Positions 37,606 to 46,506 of a DNA stretch of 64,000 nucleotides are shown one piece after another; position 1 is the first letter of the stretch; each line of letters begins with the position of its first letter. This DNA is from a virus: the IMG/VR virus record IMGVR_UViG_3300042502_001732, positions 64,001-128,000 of that record. The stretch is one strand, 5' to 3'. The position numbers and the translations under genes are program-made. Under the pieces are notes generated by a model that ran no database searches, was not told the origin of the DNA, and saw only the letters and a list, made by a program, of their open reading frames with translations.

Positions 37606-37803
37606 ATTATTAGTATTGGTTGTTGTGTTTATCCATGATAGCGTTGAACCTCTCTTGAAATATATTTGAGGAATCATCAAATAGACTAATATCGGGTTTG
37701 AGTGAATTGATTGTTACTTGAGTGAGTTCTGAAAGATCCCGAATAGTTGCGAGCAATTGCTCAATTGTTTGTTCCACAGTATCCATATTATTTATTATTA
37801 GAT

Positions 37804-37878
37804 TGGTAGGCCGTGATGGAATCGAACCATCGACTAAAAATTAGAAATTTCTTGTTATATCCCCTTAACTAACGGCCC
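37804..37878 (-). tRNA. tRNA-Arg(UCU)
   Basis: GGGCCGT/ACGGCCT acceptor, AGAAA-TTTCTAA-TTTTT anticodon arm, GATGG-TTCGATT-CCATC, encoded CCA. Confidence 0.9.
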
Positions 37879-37885
37879 AAAATTA

Positions 37886-38104
37886 TTAGAAGTTTTTAAA
37901 GTCGTGATCTGGGAAAATCTCTTTGATTTGTTCATGAAGGAGGCGTTGAAACTGTAGGAACTTATCTGTCAACTCCCAAAGATTATCCTTGCCAAGTTTT
38001 TCATAAGCAATATTAACTTCATTGATTAGTTCATGACCACAGGAATCAAGAACAGATTCCATGTCTTCAAAGTTTGGTGCAAGTATTTTCATATATTCTT
38101 TCAC
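37886..38104 (-). CDS. hypothetical protein
   Basis: Motif-1 promoter. Confidence 0.55.
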   Translation of the reverse strand: MKEYMKILAPNFEDMESVLDSCGHELINEVNIAYEKLGKDNLWELTDKFLQFQRLLHEQIKEIFPDHDFKNF

Positions 38105-38134
38105 TTGTGTTAGTTTATTTTAGTTTCTTATTAA

Positions 38135-38614
38135 TCACCAAGATGAAGTATAAAACAATCGTTCTTTATCCCAGTTGGTGTTGTCAATAAGATTAGAAAT
38201 TTCATCAATTGCTTTTTCAATACGTTCCCAATAGTATTCATCAACATCAGTTGATCCAAAAAAGAAACCAGAAACTGGCATCATTTCAGAAGGATCATTT
38301 TCTGATTTTGTATTCAGTAATGTTTCCAGCAAATCAATTAAAACATCTTTGTCTAGTTCATAATGTGCGCAGTTGTCGATTCCTACTTGAACATGTGTGA
38401 CAAACCAATTATGAAGCGCATTAAATTTGCGCCAATAGGCCACCTGATGAAAGATAGTATAATAGTCTTTAAAAGTATCTGGATATGGTTGATCTAATGG
38501 CAAAAACTCTACGATTTTTGGATCGTTTGGATTGGGTTCCCTGTCGAGTTCGTGCAATTCGTCGATGGTGTGTTTGGTCTTTTTGACCTTAAAGATATAC
38601 ATGTCTAGTCCCAT
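38135..38614 (-). CDS. conserved phage protein (MGLDMY...YWRK.N family)
   Basis: MGLDMY, AYWRKFNALHNWF, GFFFGS, YTSSW. Confidence 0.8.
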   Translation of the reverse strand: MGLDMYIFKVKKTKHTIDELHELDREPNPNDPKIVEFLPLDQPYPDTFKDYYTIFHQVAYWRKFNALHNWFVTHVQVGIDNCAHYELDKDVLIDLLETLLNTKSENDPSEMMPVSGFFFGSTDVDEYYWERIEKAIDEISNLIDNTNWDKERLFYTSSW

Positions 38615-38639
38615 GGCTTTATTCTATTTTAGTTTTTTA

Positions 38640-38834
38640 TTAGTATCGAAATTCAGTTTCATCAACTGCATCTTTCATTAGTTGTCGAAACAACACACGC
38701 CAAGACCTTTCGTTTAGAATTTCCATTCTTTGTTTATTGATTATTACTTTGCTTTCTTCAAGTTGATCTTTATAAGAAGCTACTTTCTTTTCGAGATATT
38801 TGATTCTGTTTTCAGTTTTTTTAGTATCACTCAT
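38640..38834 (-). CDS. coiled-coil protein, paralog of 39219-39428
   Basis: Shared I.KQ...I..E..WR..F..LMKD.V. Confidence 0.6.
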   Translation of the reverse strand: MSDTKKTENRIKYLEKKVASYKDQLEESKVIINKQRMEILNERSWRVLFRQLMKDAVDETEFRY

Positions 38835-39027
38835 AAGAAAATGTTTTTACTACTCTGTTTGGATTTTTCATAAGTTTCATAACCATATCTTCTGCGGCTT
38901 CCGCTGTCGCCCAAATTCCATAATCAAAATCTGTAATCCAAAAACAAAGAAACTTAAATTGAATTGCATAGTATATTCTAGCAGTTCGATTGTCTATGCG
39001 TTCTACAATTCTATATTGTTCACTCAT
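38827..39027 (-). CDS. YRIVERID family protein, copy 1
   Basis: Near-identical to 39541-39741 and 52575-52775. Confidence 0.7.
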   Translation of the reverse strand: MSEQYRIVERIDNRTARIYYAIQFKFLCFWITDFDYGIWATAEAAEDMVMKLMKNPNRVVKTFSYE

Positions 39028-39043
39028 TGTTTTCTAGAGTTCC

Positions 39044-39229
39044 TTACTTCAGCTGTATTGTACTTTCCACAAGTTCTGTCACATACAGAGATGGATTCTT
39101 GCCTGTTTCTAGTTTCGTTTCATACCAATCTTCAGCAACTTCTCGATCATCAAATTCTTGTTCTTTTCGCTCTGAATCAAAAGTCCAAGTGAGAATATAC
39201 TTTACAACTCTATTGTTTTTAACTTTCGT
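39044..39229 (-). CDS. hypothetical protein, paralog of 52385-52582
   Basis: KY.(L/V).W...F.D...A.D.Y..KL..G..P. Confidence 0.55.
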   Translation of the reverse strand, partial: TKVKNNRVVKYILTWTFDSERKEQEFDDREVAEDWYETKLETGKNPSLYVTELVESTIQLK

Positions 39230-39428
39230 CATAATTTGCTTCAAGAGTATCAGTATGAACTACATCCTTCATTAGTTTTTGAAAGTTTCTTCGCCATTCT
39301 TGTTCATAATACAGAATGCGTTTTTGCTTATGTATTTCAGCATTAGCAACCAGTAAATCATCTTTCAAATCGTCTATCTTTTTTTGAAGACGTTTAATTT
39401 TTGCTTCGTATTTTTTATCGTCGTTCAT
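39219..39428 (-). CDS. coiled-coil protein, paralog of 38640-38834
   Basis: See 38640-38834. Confidence 0.6.
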   Translation of the reverse strand: MNDDKKYEAKIKRLQKKIDDLKDDLLVANAEIHKQKRILYYEQEWRRNFQKLMKDVVHTDTLEANYDES

Positions 39429-39540
39429 ACCTAATTATATCAGTGTTCCTTAATACCAAAAGTCTTCATCACTAGCCTTATAAATGATGTAGCATACTGC
39501 AAACATTGCGAGTGAGCCTAAAATTATTGCTATCCACATA

Positions 39541-39741
39541 TCACTCATAAGAAAATGTTTTTACTACTCTGTTTGGATTTTTCATCAGTTTTATAACCAT
39601 ATCTTCTGCAGCTTCCGCTGTCGCCCAAATTCCATAATGATACTCTGTAAACCAAAAACAAAAAAACTTAAATTGAATTGCATAGTATATTCTAGCAGTT
39701 CGATTGTCTATGCGTTCTACAATTCTATATTGTTTACTCAT
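39541..39741 (-). CDS. YRIVERID family protein, copy 2
   Basis: Direct repeat of 38827-39027. Confidence 0.7.
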   Translation of the reverse strand: MSKQYRIVERIDNRTARIYYAIQFKFFCFWFTEYHYGIWATAEAAEDMVIKLMKNPNRVVKTFSYE

Positions 39742-40144
39742 TATTTTCTCCTTCCACGGCGGCGAGAGCGTCGCAGGCTAATAAGTCAGCTTCAGTACTC
39801 ACACGACCATCTAGCCTGTAATCTGCCATTACAATCCGTAAAGCCTCCGCCAGCCTGTCGCGTTGCTCTGTCACGGCTTCGTGCTTGAGCGCCCACCCTT
39901 GAGCGGATGCGGTTGTTGTGCCGTGAGTGCATACGGAGGATGTCCGAGCTTCGTTGCGCTCTTCCAATAGCAACTTCATATTTGGGTGGGACAGATCGAG
40001 CATGGACTGCTTCAAGGCATCAAGCTCCTCTGCCAGCCTGTCGCGCTCCCTTTCGAGTTGGCGGGCAAATTCAAGTGGAATATTGTCGTGCATATCCCAC
40101 GGATGGTTTTTGTATGCATAGTCTGTCTCTGGTGTATCACTCAT
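39734..40144 (-). CDS. MSDTPETD-family coiled-coil protein
   Basis: LERERD; shares LDLSHPNM.LLLEERNE with 51889-52392. Confidence 0.65.
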   Translation of the reverse strand: MSDTPETDYAYKNHPWDMHDNIPLEFARQLERERDRLAEELDALKQSMLDLSHPNMKLLLEERNEARTSSVCTHGTTTASAQGWALKHEAVTEQRDRLAEALRIVMADYRLDGRVSTEADLLACDALAAVEGENNE

Positions 40145-40292
40145 ATTATTATTCTATTATTATTCCTTAATACTAAAGATCGTCATCACTAGCTTTATAG
40201 ATGATATAGCATACTGCAAATGTTGCCAGAGATGCTAAAACTATTATTGCTATCCACATAATGATTATAGCCATACTCATAATTTTAGTTTA

Positions 40293-40553
40293 TTAAATTT
40301 CTATATGAGGAGGTTGTTCATTTGTCCACACTACTTCATCTCTCATTTGCTTAGGCTGTAGCAATTTATCAACGACTGCCATAGCTTCTTCTTTAGAGCT
40401 AAACCAGCTCTTATAATTAGCAACACCATCGACGCCTAAAATAAAGGAGTTGTTAAGTATGTCAAGCCAGAAGCATAAAACCTTTCGCTCTACATGATAG
40501 GTCTCTTTGCTATCAAATCTTAATCTTCTTTTAATAATTCGATATGTTGCCAT
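40293..40553 (-). CDS. YRI...LCFW family protein
   Basis: Distant paralog of the YRIVERID family and of 51062-51328. Confidence 0.6.
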   Translation of the reverse strand: MATYRIIKRRLRFDSKETYHVERKVLCFWLDILNNSFILGVDGVANYKSWFSSKEEAMAVVDKLLQPKQMRDEVVWTNEQPPHIEI

Positions 40554-40557
40554 AATT

Positions 40558-40947
40558 TTAGTCTTCGTCGCTATAAGCCTCAGCTAGTTTCTTAGCCGCA
40601 ATTTCATATACCTCAAAGAAAGTATCGCGATCTTCTTTGGAGAGATCAAGCAAACGCTCACCAATAGTTGAAAGCTCAGTACAATCCTCTTTAGGATTCC
40701 ACTCTATTTGAGCAATTGAATTGCATACTTCTTCAATAGTAAAACAAGATTTGCCTATAGTACAGTTATCCTTTCTTATAACACCGTTACCACAATCTTC
40801 CCAGCCATCATTAAGATACTCTTCTAGCTTACCATAATACCTACACGGATAGTATTGCACTATATCGAGTATATGATGCGCATTAGCAGGAGGCTTACCA
40901 ATATAAGCAGGGCTCTTTGCTCCAAAGTTGTTAATTCTAATCTTCAT
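40558..40947 (-). CDS. hypothetical protein
   Basis: Probable start MKIRINN. Confidence 0.6.
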   Translation of the reverse strand: MKIRINNFGAKSPAYIGKPPANAHHILDIVQYYPCRYYGKLEEYLNDGWEDCGNGVIRKDNCTIGKSCFTIEEVCNSIAQIEWNPKEDCTELSTIGERLLDLSKEDRDTFFEVYEIAAKKLAEAYSDED

Positions 40948-41311
40948 AGTTTTGTTCAGGTATGTTATTGTTGAAGAGTTCACGCCAACGATTCACCGCA
41001 GCCTTTTCAGCAGTAAACAAATAATCGCGATCATTCATATAATCAAAGTTATCCGTAAAATAGCCAAGTGCGTGATAGAGCGCATGTCCAGCATCAGTTA
41101 ACTTTTGATTGAGTTCTCCTACAGGCTCGCATGCATAACACGCTCCTTGAAAGCCATTGCGAAGTTTATAATTTTCTTCCTTGAGAGAATCAATCTCTTG
41201 TTGTAATTCAGCAAATCTGCAGTCAAGCACTTCACGCAATGAGTCTAGTCTATTCATGTTATGCTCCTGGTTTTGATCCAACTGCGATCTGAGATTTGAA
41301 AGATTCTCCAC
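40937..41311 (-). CDS. hypothetical coiled-coil protein
   Basis: CYACEPVGELN motif; start uncertain. Confidence 0.55.
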   Translation of the reverse strand: MENLSNLRSQLDQNQEHNMNRLDSLREVLDCRFAELQQEIDSLKEENYKLRNGFQGACYACEPVGELNQKLTDAGHALYHALGYFTDNFDYMNDRDYLFTAEKAAVNRWRELFNNNIPEQNYED

Positions 41312-41432
41312 AAAATTCGAAACTCATCACATCTCCGAATGGTCCTTCTTCGATGCCAGAAAATTTCACCTCGTCGGTTGAAATCCAACCCCATTGCCCA
41401 GCGCAAACCCAAGTTTTTTGTTTCATATTCAT

Positions 41433-41762
41433 TTATTCGATGACATCATTTACAGTTTCAACCTTTTCCCATCCAACCATCTTGCATTTATAGAGGGTGT
41501 CATTGATGCCAACTACGTCTCCGCGAGAGAGCGCATACAGTTTTGCATCAGCAAATGTCTGACGCACAAACATCTGCTCAGCGTCAAGAAAACTTTCTGG
41601 AGCATTGGTCGCTTCGAACAGCCATTCCAGCATGTCATCGGCTCGCATGCAGCGAAATGTGATGTGTCGTTGGCGATCGTCAGCGTCATCGACAAATCGG
41701 TTATTGAGGCTACGATAGAGTGAAACTGTGGCTACGGCAGAGGTAATATCAGTGGTGGTCAT
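41433..41762 (-). CDS. early protein with YodL-like C-terminus
   Basis: ALSRGDVV...Y.C..VGW; starts at the motif-3 ATG. Confidence 0.6.
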   Translation of the reverse strand: MTTTDITSAVATVSLYRSLNNRFVDDADDRQRHITFRCMRADDMLEWLFEATNAPESFLDAEQMFVRQTFADAKLYALSRGDVVGINDTLYKCKMVGWEKVETVNDVIE

Positions 41763-41866
41763 ATTGTTGCTTACAGGATTATTATACACTAAAACCCGCA
41801 AAAAGTACACAACTTTTTTCAAAAAAGTGAAAAAACTTCACTTTTTTCGACCTCCAGGGTCACATT

Positions 41867-42979
41867 TTAGTCAATTCCGGGTCCAGGTCTCAATCTGGTG
41901 ACGTATGGAAAGCGTGGGATGCCATCTGGAGTCAGGTTGAAATAGGTGCATGTAGCATAGGTTCCACGAAGAGACTCAGCATCCTTTAAGAGCTCTTTCA
42001 AAAATGAGTGTGTACCTTTGATGTTGCTTCGGAATGTTTTGCCGTCTGGTCTTTGCAAGACCGCATAACCAGCCATGCCGCTTTTGTTACCGTTGCCTTC
42101 GCAAATTTCAACAATAAGATACTCACCATCCTGAAACTCTTTGCGCTTGAGCAGCGAGTCACTACGCTTACACTCGTATGGCGCGTCAACTCGTACCATC
42201 TGACCTTCATAGCCATCTTGCAAATAGTTTTCATATGTCGCATCAAGTGAAATCTCGTCACACACCATAGTGGTAGGTACATTCACAATAATGTTTGGAT
42301 TTAACTTGAATGCGTTTGCATAGTAAGCAGCCTGAGAAGAACGTGTCGAAAACTTTTTACTTGGGTCAACCGTATCATACCACCAAAATTGGATCTTATT
42401 GGCACACTCCTGTAGGTCTGCAGCGGATGGTTTGGTTTTTTTCACAAGACTACAAATACTATTAAAGTCATCCTTATATTTGTGAGTATAAAGCTCGCCA
42501 TCAAGCACAAGATCTGGATGTGCCTTAAAAAGAGGAGCCAACTCCTGCAAGATATGCGGAATTGTGACCCAGGCCTTGCCATTTCGCGTAGTTGCCCTCT
42601 TTGCTGTGATGACTGCTCGTAAACCATCAAGCTTTGGTTGACTATAGACTGGATAGACGACACGACTTTTGCGATCTTCCCATTTTTTAGCAAGCATTGG
42701 CTCAATATAGAGACTGCGATCAATGTCAGCAATTGACTCAAAACAACCACTTTCCTTTTTCTTTTTCCAGAGTGCTTGTGCCTCGAAAAGTGCTTGAGCT
42801 GAAATGTCGCGCTCATTTGCTCGGCCGACATTGGTGGCTTCACATGTGGTCCACAACGTGGTCACAATCTTGCCTCCGACCTTGCCATGATGGGTACGAC
42901 ACCGTCCATCTTCGATTTCAATCGTCCATTCTTGAATGCTCCCAGTCGATGTACGACTGTATAGTGTAGGTAATTTCAT
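41867..42979 (-). CDS. lig: ATP-dependent DNA ligase
   Basis: QPKLDGLR (KxDG), LDGELY, EGQMVR, LLKRK, PRFP. Confidence 0.93.
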   Translation of the reverse strand: MKLPTLYSRTSTGSIQEWTIEIEDGRCRTHHGKVGGKIVTTLWTTCEATNVGRANERDISAQALFEAQALWKKKKESGCFESIADIDRSLYIEPMLAKKWEDRKSRVVYPVYSQPKLDGLRAVITAKRATTRNGKAWVTIPHILQELAPLFKAHPDLVLDGELYTHKYKDDFNSICSLVKKTKPSAADLQECANKIQFWWYDTVDPSKKFSTRSSQAAYYANAFKLNPNIIVNVPTTMVCDEISLDATYENYLQDGYEGQMVRVDAPYECKRSDSLLKRKEFQDGEYLIVEICEGNGNKSGMAGYAVLQRPDGKTFRSNIKGTHSFLKELLKDAESLRGTYATCTYFNLTPDGIPRFPYVTRLRPGPGID

Positions 42980-42997
42980 ACGATATAAAGTTGAAGT

Positions 42998-43234
42998 TTA
43001 GCGCATGCCACGAACATAGTCCTTTTCACGAAGTTTGTGATAGGTGCGTTCAAGAGTCTTCATTCCAGTATGGGTGCATACAATCCAACCGTCTGGTTGA
43101 CGAGTAAACGTCCATGCTGCTCCAATGCCAAATCGTCCTCGTTTTGTATAGATACCAAGGGCTTCGGCTGGGGTGCGAGCAAGTATTGTTGCTTCTCCAC
43201 CAGTTTTCGTCTTTACAATGTATTCTTTGTCCAT
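42998..43234 (-). CDS. hypothetical protein
   Basis: Probable start MDKEY. Confidence 0.5.
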   Translation of the reverse strand: MDKEYIVKTKTGGEATILARTPAEALGIYTKRGRFGIGAAWTFTRQPDGWIVCTHTGMKTLERTYHKLREKDYVRGMR

Positions 43235-43253
43235 ATTTTTGTGTGTTGAGAGA

Positions 43254-43745
43254 TTAGAGAGCATAGACTCGGCTGTGTTTGCTCTTGCAGATGACCTCGC
43301 CTGTAAATTGACCTTCTAGATAACGGGCTCGTAGTGTGCCAGCAGCGGTGTCTTGGACTCGCTGCATAAGTAGAGCGCCTTCATAGTTAGAACTTTTGAA
43401 TAGTCCACCAACTGGAATCGCGCTCAAAAACCAACGTAACTTTCGTGGTGTCGCCTTGGTTGGTTTGAAGAGGTGATGAAAGCGAACCGAAGTGGGGGAC
43501 CAGCCAGAATGTTTGAGAACTTCAAGCACAATGAGTGGTTCGTACCATTGCTCTTGAATTATGTCAGTGACACGATAGAGTGTGATGTCATCTGCAACGT
43601 TGCTGTCTTTGATGATGTCTCCAATGCGAACGTCTTGCTCAGAGATATGAGCTTCATAATCAGCGAGGGCAAGTTCTGCAGCCTCTGCTAATGTGGCGGA
43701 GTATTCTTCGGGACTGACTTCTGAGGCGTAGTAGGTGGTGGTCAT
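43254..43745 (-). CDS. hypothetical early protein
   Basis: Starts at the motif-3 ATG (MTTTYY). Confidence 0.6.
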   Translation of the reverse strand: MTTTYYASEVSPEEYSATLAEAAELALADYEAHISEQDVRIGDIIKDSNVADDITLYRVTDIIQEQWYEPLIVLEVLKHSGWSPTSVRFHHLFKPTKATPRKLRWFLSAIPVGGLFKSSNYEGALLMQRVQDTAAGTLRARYLEGQFTGEVICKSKHSRVYAL

Positions 43746-43874
43746 ATTGTTGCTTACATGGTTATTATAGCATAAACCACGACAAAAGTACACAACTTTT
43801 TTCAAAAAAGTGAAAAAAGGTCCCGGGCAGTGTCCCCGTATAGAGAAAATGACCTCCTGGAGGCCTAAAAAAGC

Positions 43875-44477
43875 TCACAATTGAGGGATATCTGTACGGA
43901 GATATCGAAAAAGCTCTAGGGTTTGACGAATATCATAGGCAGCATCATGCGCGGCAGACTCATCCCATCCTAATTCAGCACATTGACACAGGGTTCCAAG
44001 TTTGAAATTTGGGAGAGCGCCTCGTACCCTCATTGTCATCCATGCGGCGGCTTGCATCACACAGATTGGTGGGTTCCAAAACCAACTGCCAAAAAACTGA
44101 TCTCCATTTTTCTCAAAAAACCTACGAATAAAATCAATATCAAAAGCAGCGTTATATGCAACAAAGTGAAGCTTGTCCTTTTTATCAAACTTATCACAAT
44201 GACGTCCTAACATTTCAACTAGTTGCGAATATGCCTCTCGAGCAGAAAGAGGCAAATCACTTAAACTTTGGAGAGTCATTCCTGTTTTTGTGAGTGCTTC
44301 GTCCTGAACGCATTCTAGAGACAGTGGACGAAATCTCAAATCGCATTCTTCAAGAACGTTAAGATTTGTGTCAGTGATTATTCCACTAATTTGAAATATT
44401 TCATTCCGGTCACGATCAAGACCAGTTGTCTCTACGTCAAGAAAAAAATGTTTGTATCCTGTGTATTGTGTGCTCAT
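43875..44477 (-). CDS. DnaQ-like DEDDh 3'-5' exonuclease
   Basis: LDVETTG, AYNAAFD, AHDAAYD. Confidence 0.9.
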   Translation of the reverse strand: MSTQYTGYKHFFLDVETTGLDRDRNEIFQISGIITDTNLNVLEECDLRFRPLSLECVQDEALTKTGMTLQSLSDLPLSAREAYSQLVEMLGRHCDKFDKKDKLHFVAYNAAFDIDFIRRFFEKNGDQFFGSWFWNPPICVMQAAAWMTMRVRGALPNFKLGTLCQCAELGWDESAAHDAAYDIRQTLELFRYLRTDIPQL

Positions 44478-45007
44478 GATTGTTTATAATGATATAGTTT
44501 ATGAGAAAGTTGAATGTTTGATAGTAAGAGGTGAGCCTCTGGAGTTGCTGGCCGGCCTATATGAGTTGAAAATATATTATGCACCACATTTGCGACAGAG
44601 ATGTCGTCATCTGTATCTAAAGAAGACGCATGTGTTTCAAACTGGAAAGCCGATCGATATCCAGTTTCTGTTTTAGGATTTTGCGCGGCATACATCCAAG
44701 TTTGAGACTCTGGGTCCGAACAAACATATTCCCATAATTTTCCATAGTTGCACCATATTGCACTGATAATATATTCACGCACATTTATAGCGGTGTTGTT
44801 ATAGTTTTTATACAGCGAGCACAACAATATTCCAGAACTTATAATCTCGTGAGTGTGGTTACATAGACCTCCAACATATGAGTATGGAGAGTCTGGTTCC
44901 AGACTCAAAGGACATGTCAAAAAGGTTGGTGAGTCAAGTACCGGGAGACAATAATCCACAGTATTTGAGTCCTCACACAGCTTTTTAAGTTCATCTAGTG
45001 TTAACAT
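44474..45007 (-). CDS. degenerate HD-domain (YhaM-like) protein
   Basis: YVGGLCNHT...WCNYGK in place of LHDxGK; PATPEA. Confidence 0.55.
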   Translation of the reverse strand: MLTLDELKKLCEDSNTVDYCLPVLDSPTFLTCPLSLEPDSPYSYVGGLCNHTHEIISSGILLCSLYKNYNNTAINVREYIISAIWCNYGKLWEYVCSDPESQTWMYAAQNPKTETGYRSAFQFETHASSLDTDDDISVANVVHNIFSTHIGRPATPEAHLLLSNIQLSHKLYHYKQS

Positions 45008-45013
45008 ATTTTT

Positions 45014-45277
45014 TTAAAATTCAGCCGCATATGGCATGCCATCACCACCTCTAAACACATAACCATTTACATATTGAGGATCAGGATCAAACCCATGTGC
45101 AACCGGAGTAATTGTTGGCCGGCGATATGAGCGATAACAATTGTATGGTCGGTACGTAGATAATGAGTGTGAACCAGAATATCTATAGTAACCAACCGAT
45201 GAATAGCCGGTTGGAGTATATTCGACAACACAACTCGTTAAACAAATTGATAGCAGTGCAACTATTAAACGTTTCAT
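45014..45277 (-). CDS. small lipoprotein
   Basis: MKRLIVALLSICLTSC lipobox. Confidence 0.6.
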   Translation of the reverse strand: MKRLIVALLSICLTSCVVEYTPTGYSSVGYYRYSGSHSLSTYRPYNCYRSYRRPTITPVAHGFDPDPQYVNGYVFRGGDGMPYAAEF

Positions 45278-45436
45278 ATTAAAGGCTTTCATCAACATTT
45301 ACAAACCCTTCATCAATCAAGTAAGAAACTATAGTTTGTAGTGTCACCAAATCTGGAAGTGGATCCAATGTAAAACAGCCATTGACATAATAGACATCAT
45401 GACCGCGAAGGTGAGCAATAAAATTTGATTTGTCAT

Positions 45437-45685
45437 TCATGCAGTCAAAAAGATATACAGTGTCATAAGAATCAAAATGATCATAGTAATGCCCTGTAAA
45501 GCTTTAGGCGACAACATTTCGACTATGCATAATGCTGCAAAAATTTTTAGATTATGAAAATCTTTATTAAAAATTTTAGTAATTGCCCAATCCGTCCACA
45601 GCACTTGTAGATATATTCCAAATGCTACAATTGCAAAAAAAGCAACTATGAATGCAAACGCCAGCGGCTTAGATATAACTTTCAT
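45437..45685 (-). CDS. small membrane protein
   Basis: Multiple hydrophobic helices. Confidence 0.55.
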   Translation of the reverse strand: MKVISKPLAFAFIVAFFAIVAFGIYLQVLWTDWAITKIFNKDFHNLKIFAALCIVEMLSPKALQGITMIILILMTLYIFLTA

Positions 45686-45690
45686 ATGAC

Positions 45691-45885
45691 TTAAGACTGA
45701 GCACTAGCCAATTCCTTCAACTCATTTTCTAAAACATCAACTACTCTCTCGAGCGTGAGGTTTTCAGTTTGAAGGTCAAGTGCTTCGGCATAGCGGCCAT
45801 CGGGCAAAATCTCAGCAATATCCTGTAGATTAGAGGCAATATCAGCATTAAACTGAGCGATTAGTTTCTGTAGTGTATTTTTCAT
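45691..45885 (-). CDS. hypothetical protein
   Basis: 64 aa, helical. Confidence 0.5.
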   Translation of the reverse strand: MKNTLQKLIAQFNADIASNLQDIAEILPDGRYAEALDLQTENLTLERVVDVLENELKELASAQS

Positions 45886-46031
45886 AGATTAGTCTTCAAG
45901 TGTAAATGCAACCAAGCACAGCATTGCGGCAAAAATAGGGGAGCCCCCAATGAGTGCAAATAATGCACCAATATAGAGCAATTTACGATGATTGCTGTTT
46001 GACATATTTTCTATACGTTCTAGTAGTGTTT

Positions 46032-46241
46032 TCATGCAGGTGTTTTCTTATTACGTTTTTTAGCCTCAATGCTGGCAATCTCTTCCTCCAAGGACCGTAT
46101 GATGCCGTCATAGCTATGAATAACGGCACCGACATTATAACCGGCTCGTTTAATAAAAAACCCGCCAGAACCGTCTACCAGGGCTTCACGACTTTTGAGG
46201 TGAAGCTCAAGGTCAGTCTTTAGTGTTTCGAGGTGTGTCAT
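46032..46241 (-). CDS. hypothetical early protein
   Basis: Starts at the motif-3 ATG (MTHLE). Confidence 0.55.
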   Translation of the reverse strand: MTHLETLKTDLELHLKSREALVDGSGGFFIKRAGYNVGAVIHSYDGIIRSLEEEIASIEAKKRNKKTPA

Positions 46242-46506
46242 ATTGTTGCTTACATGACTATTATACCACAAAACTCACGATTTGTACACAACCTTTTTCA
46301 CAAAAGTGCATAAAATTCTCGACAAAATAAGAAAAATGTCTAATCTGGCATTAACTCAACACTATTTATCCGTTCCGGAACCTTCGGGCATAGTTTGGAT
46401 AGGTCCTTATTTATGCTTGTCTTTTTTGGGGTTTTCTATGTACCATAGATTTATCTATATAGAAAACCATAGAAAACCCCCAAAAAAGTGAAAAAAGTTT
46501 ATTTTT

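Larger units (their letters stand above)
22485..38644 (-). repeat. dispersed cassette/promoter motif 1 (about 31 copies)
   Basis: Plus-strand TYTAGTTTYTWAYTRG near 22485, 22746, 22988, 23215, 23472, 23710, 23939, 24107, 24259, 24621, 24715, 24816, 26496, 26635, 27142, 27419, 27968, 28134, 28702, 29287, 29358, 30908, 30939, 31677, 31778, 31848, 34427, 35643, 36676, 38119, 38628; generally abuts a TANNNT -10 box on the minus strand. Confidence 0.9.

Noticed and set aside
22485-38644. Classical integron with attC sites
   Set aside because: No RYYYAAC...GTTRRRY imperfect palindromes and no tyrosine integrase seen in the window
38827-39741. Diversity-generating retroelement template/variable repeat pair
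   Set aside because: Both copies are intact whole ORFs, differences are not restricted to adenines, and no reverse transcriptase is present in the window
41763-46271. Shared N-terminal peptide MKKVVYF...YNNHVSNNM on ORFs 41433, 43254, 46032 (also 55246)
   Set aside because: Artefact of reading through the motif-3 promoter DNA; true starts are the ATG after GTAAGCAACAAT
46421-46487. Large inverted repeat as a MITE
   Set aside because: Single copy with no target-site duplication; more simply a terminator or promoter-upstream hairpin after phoH
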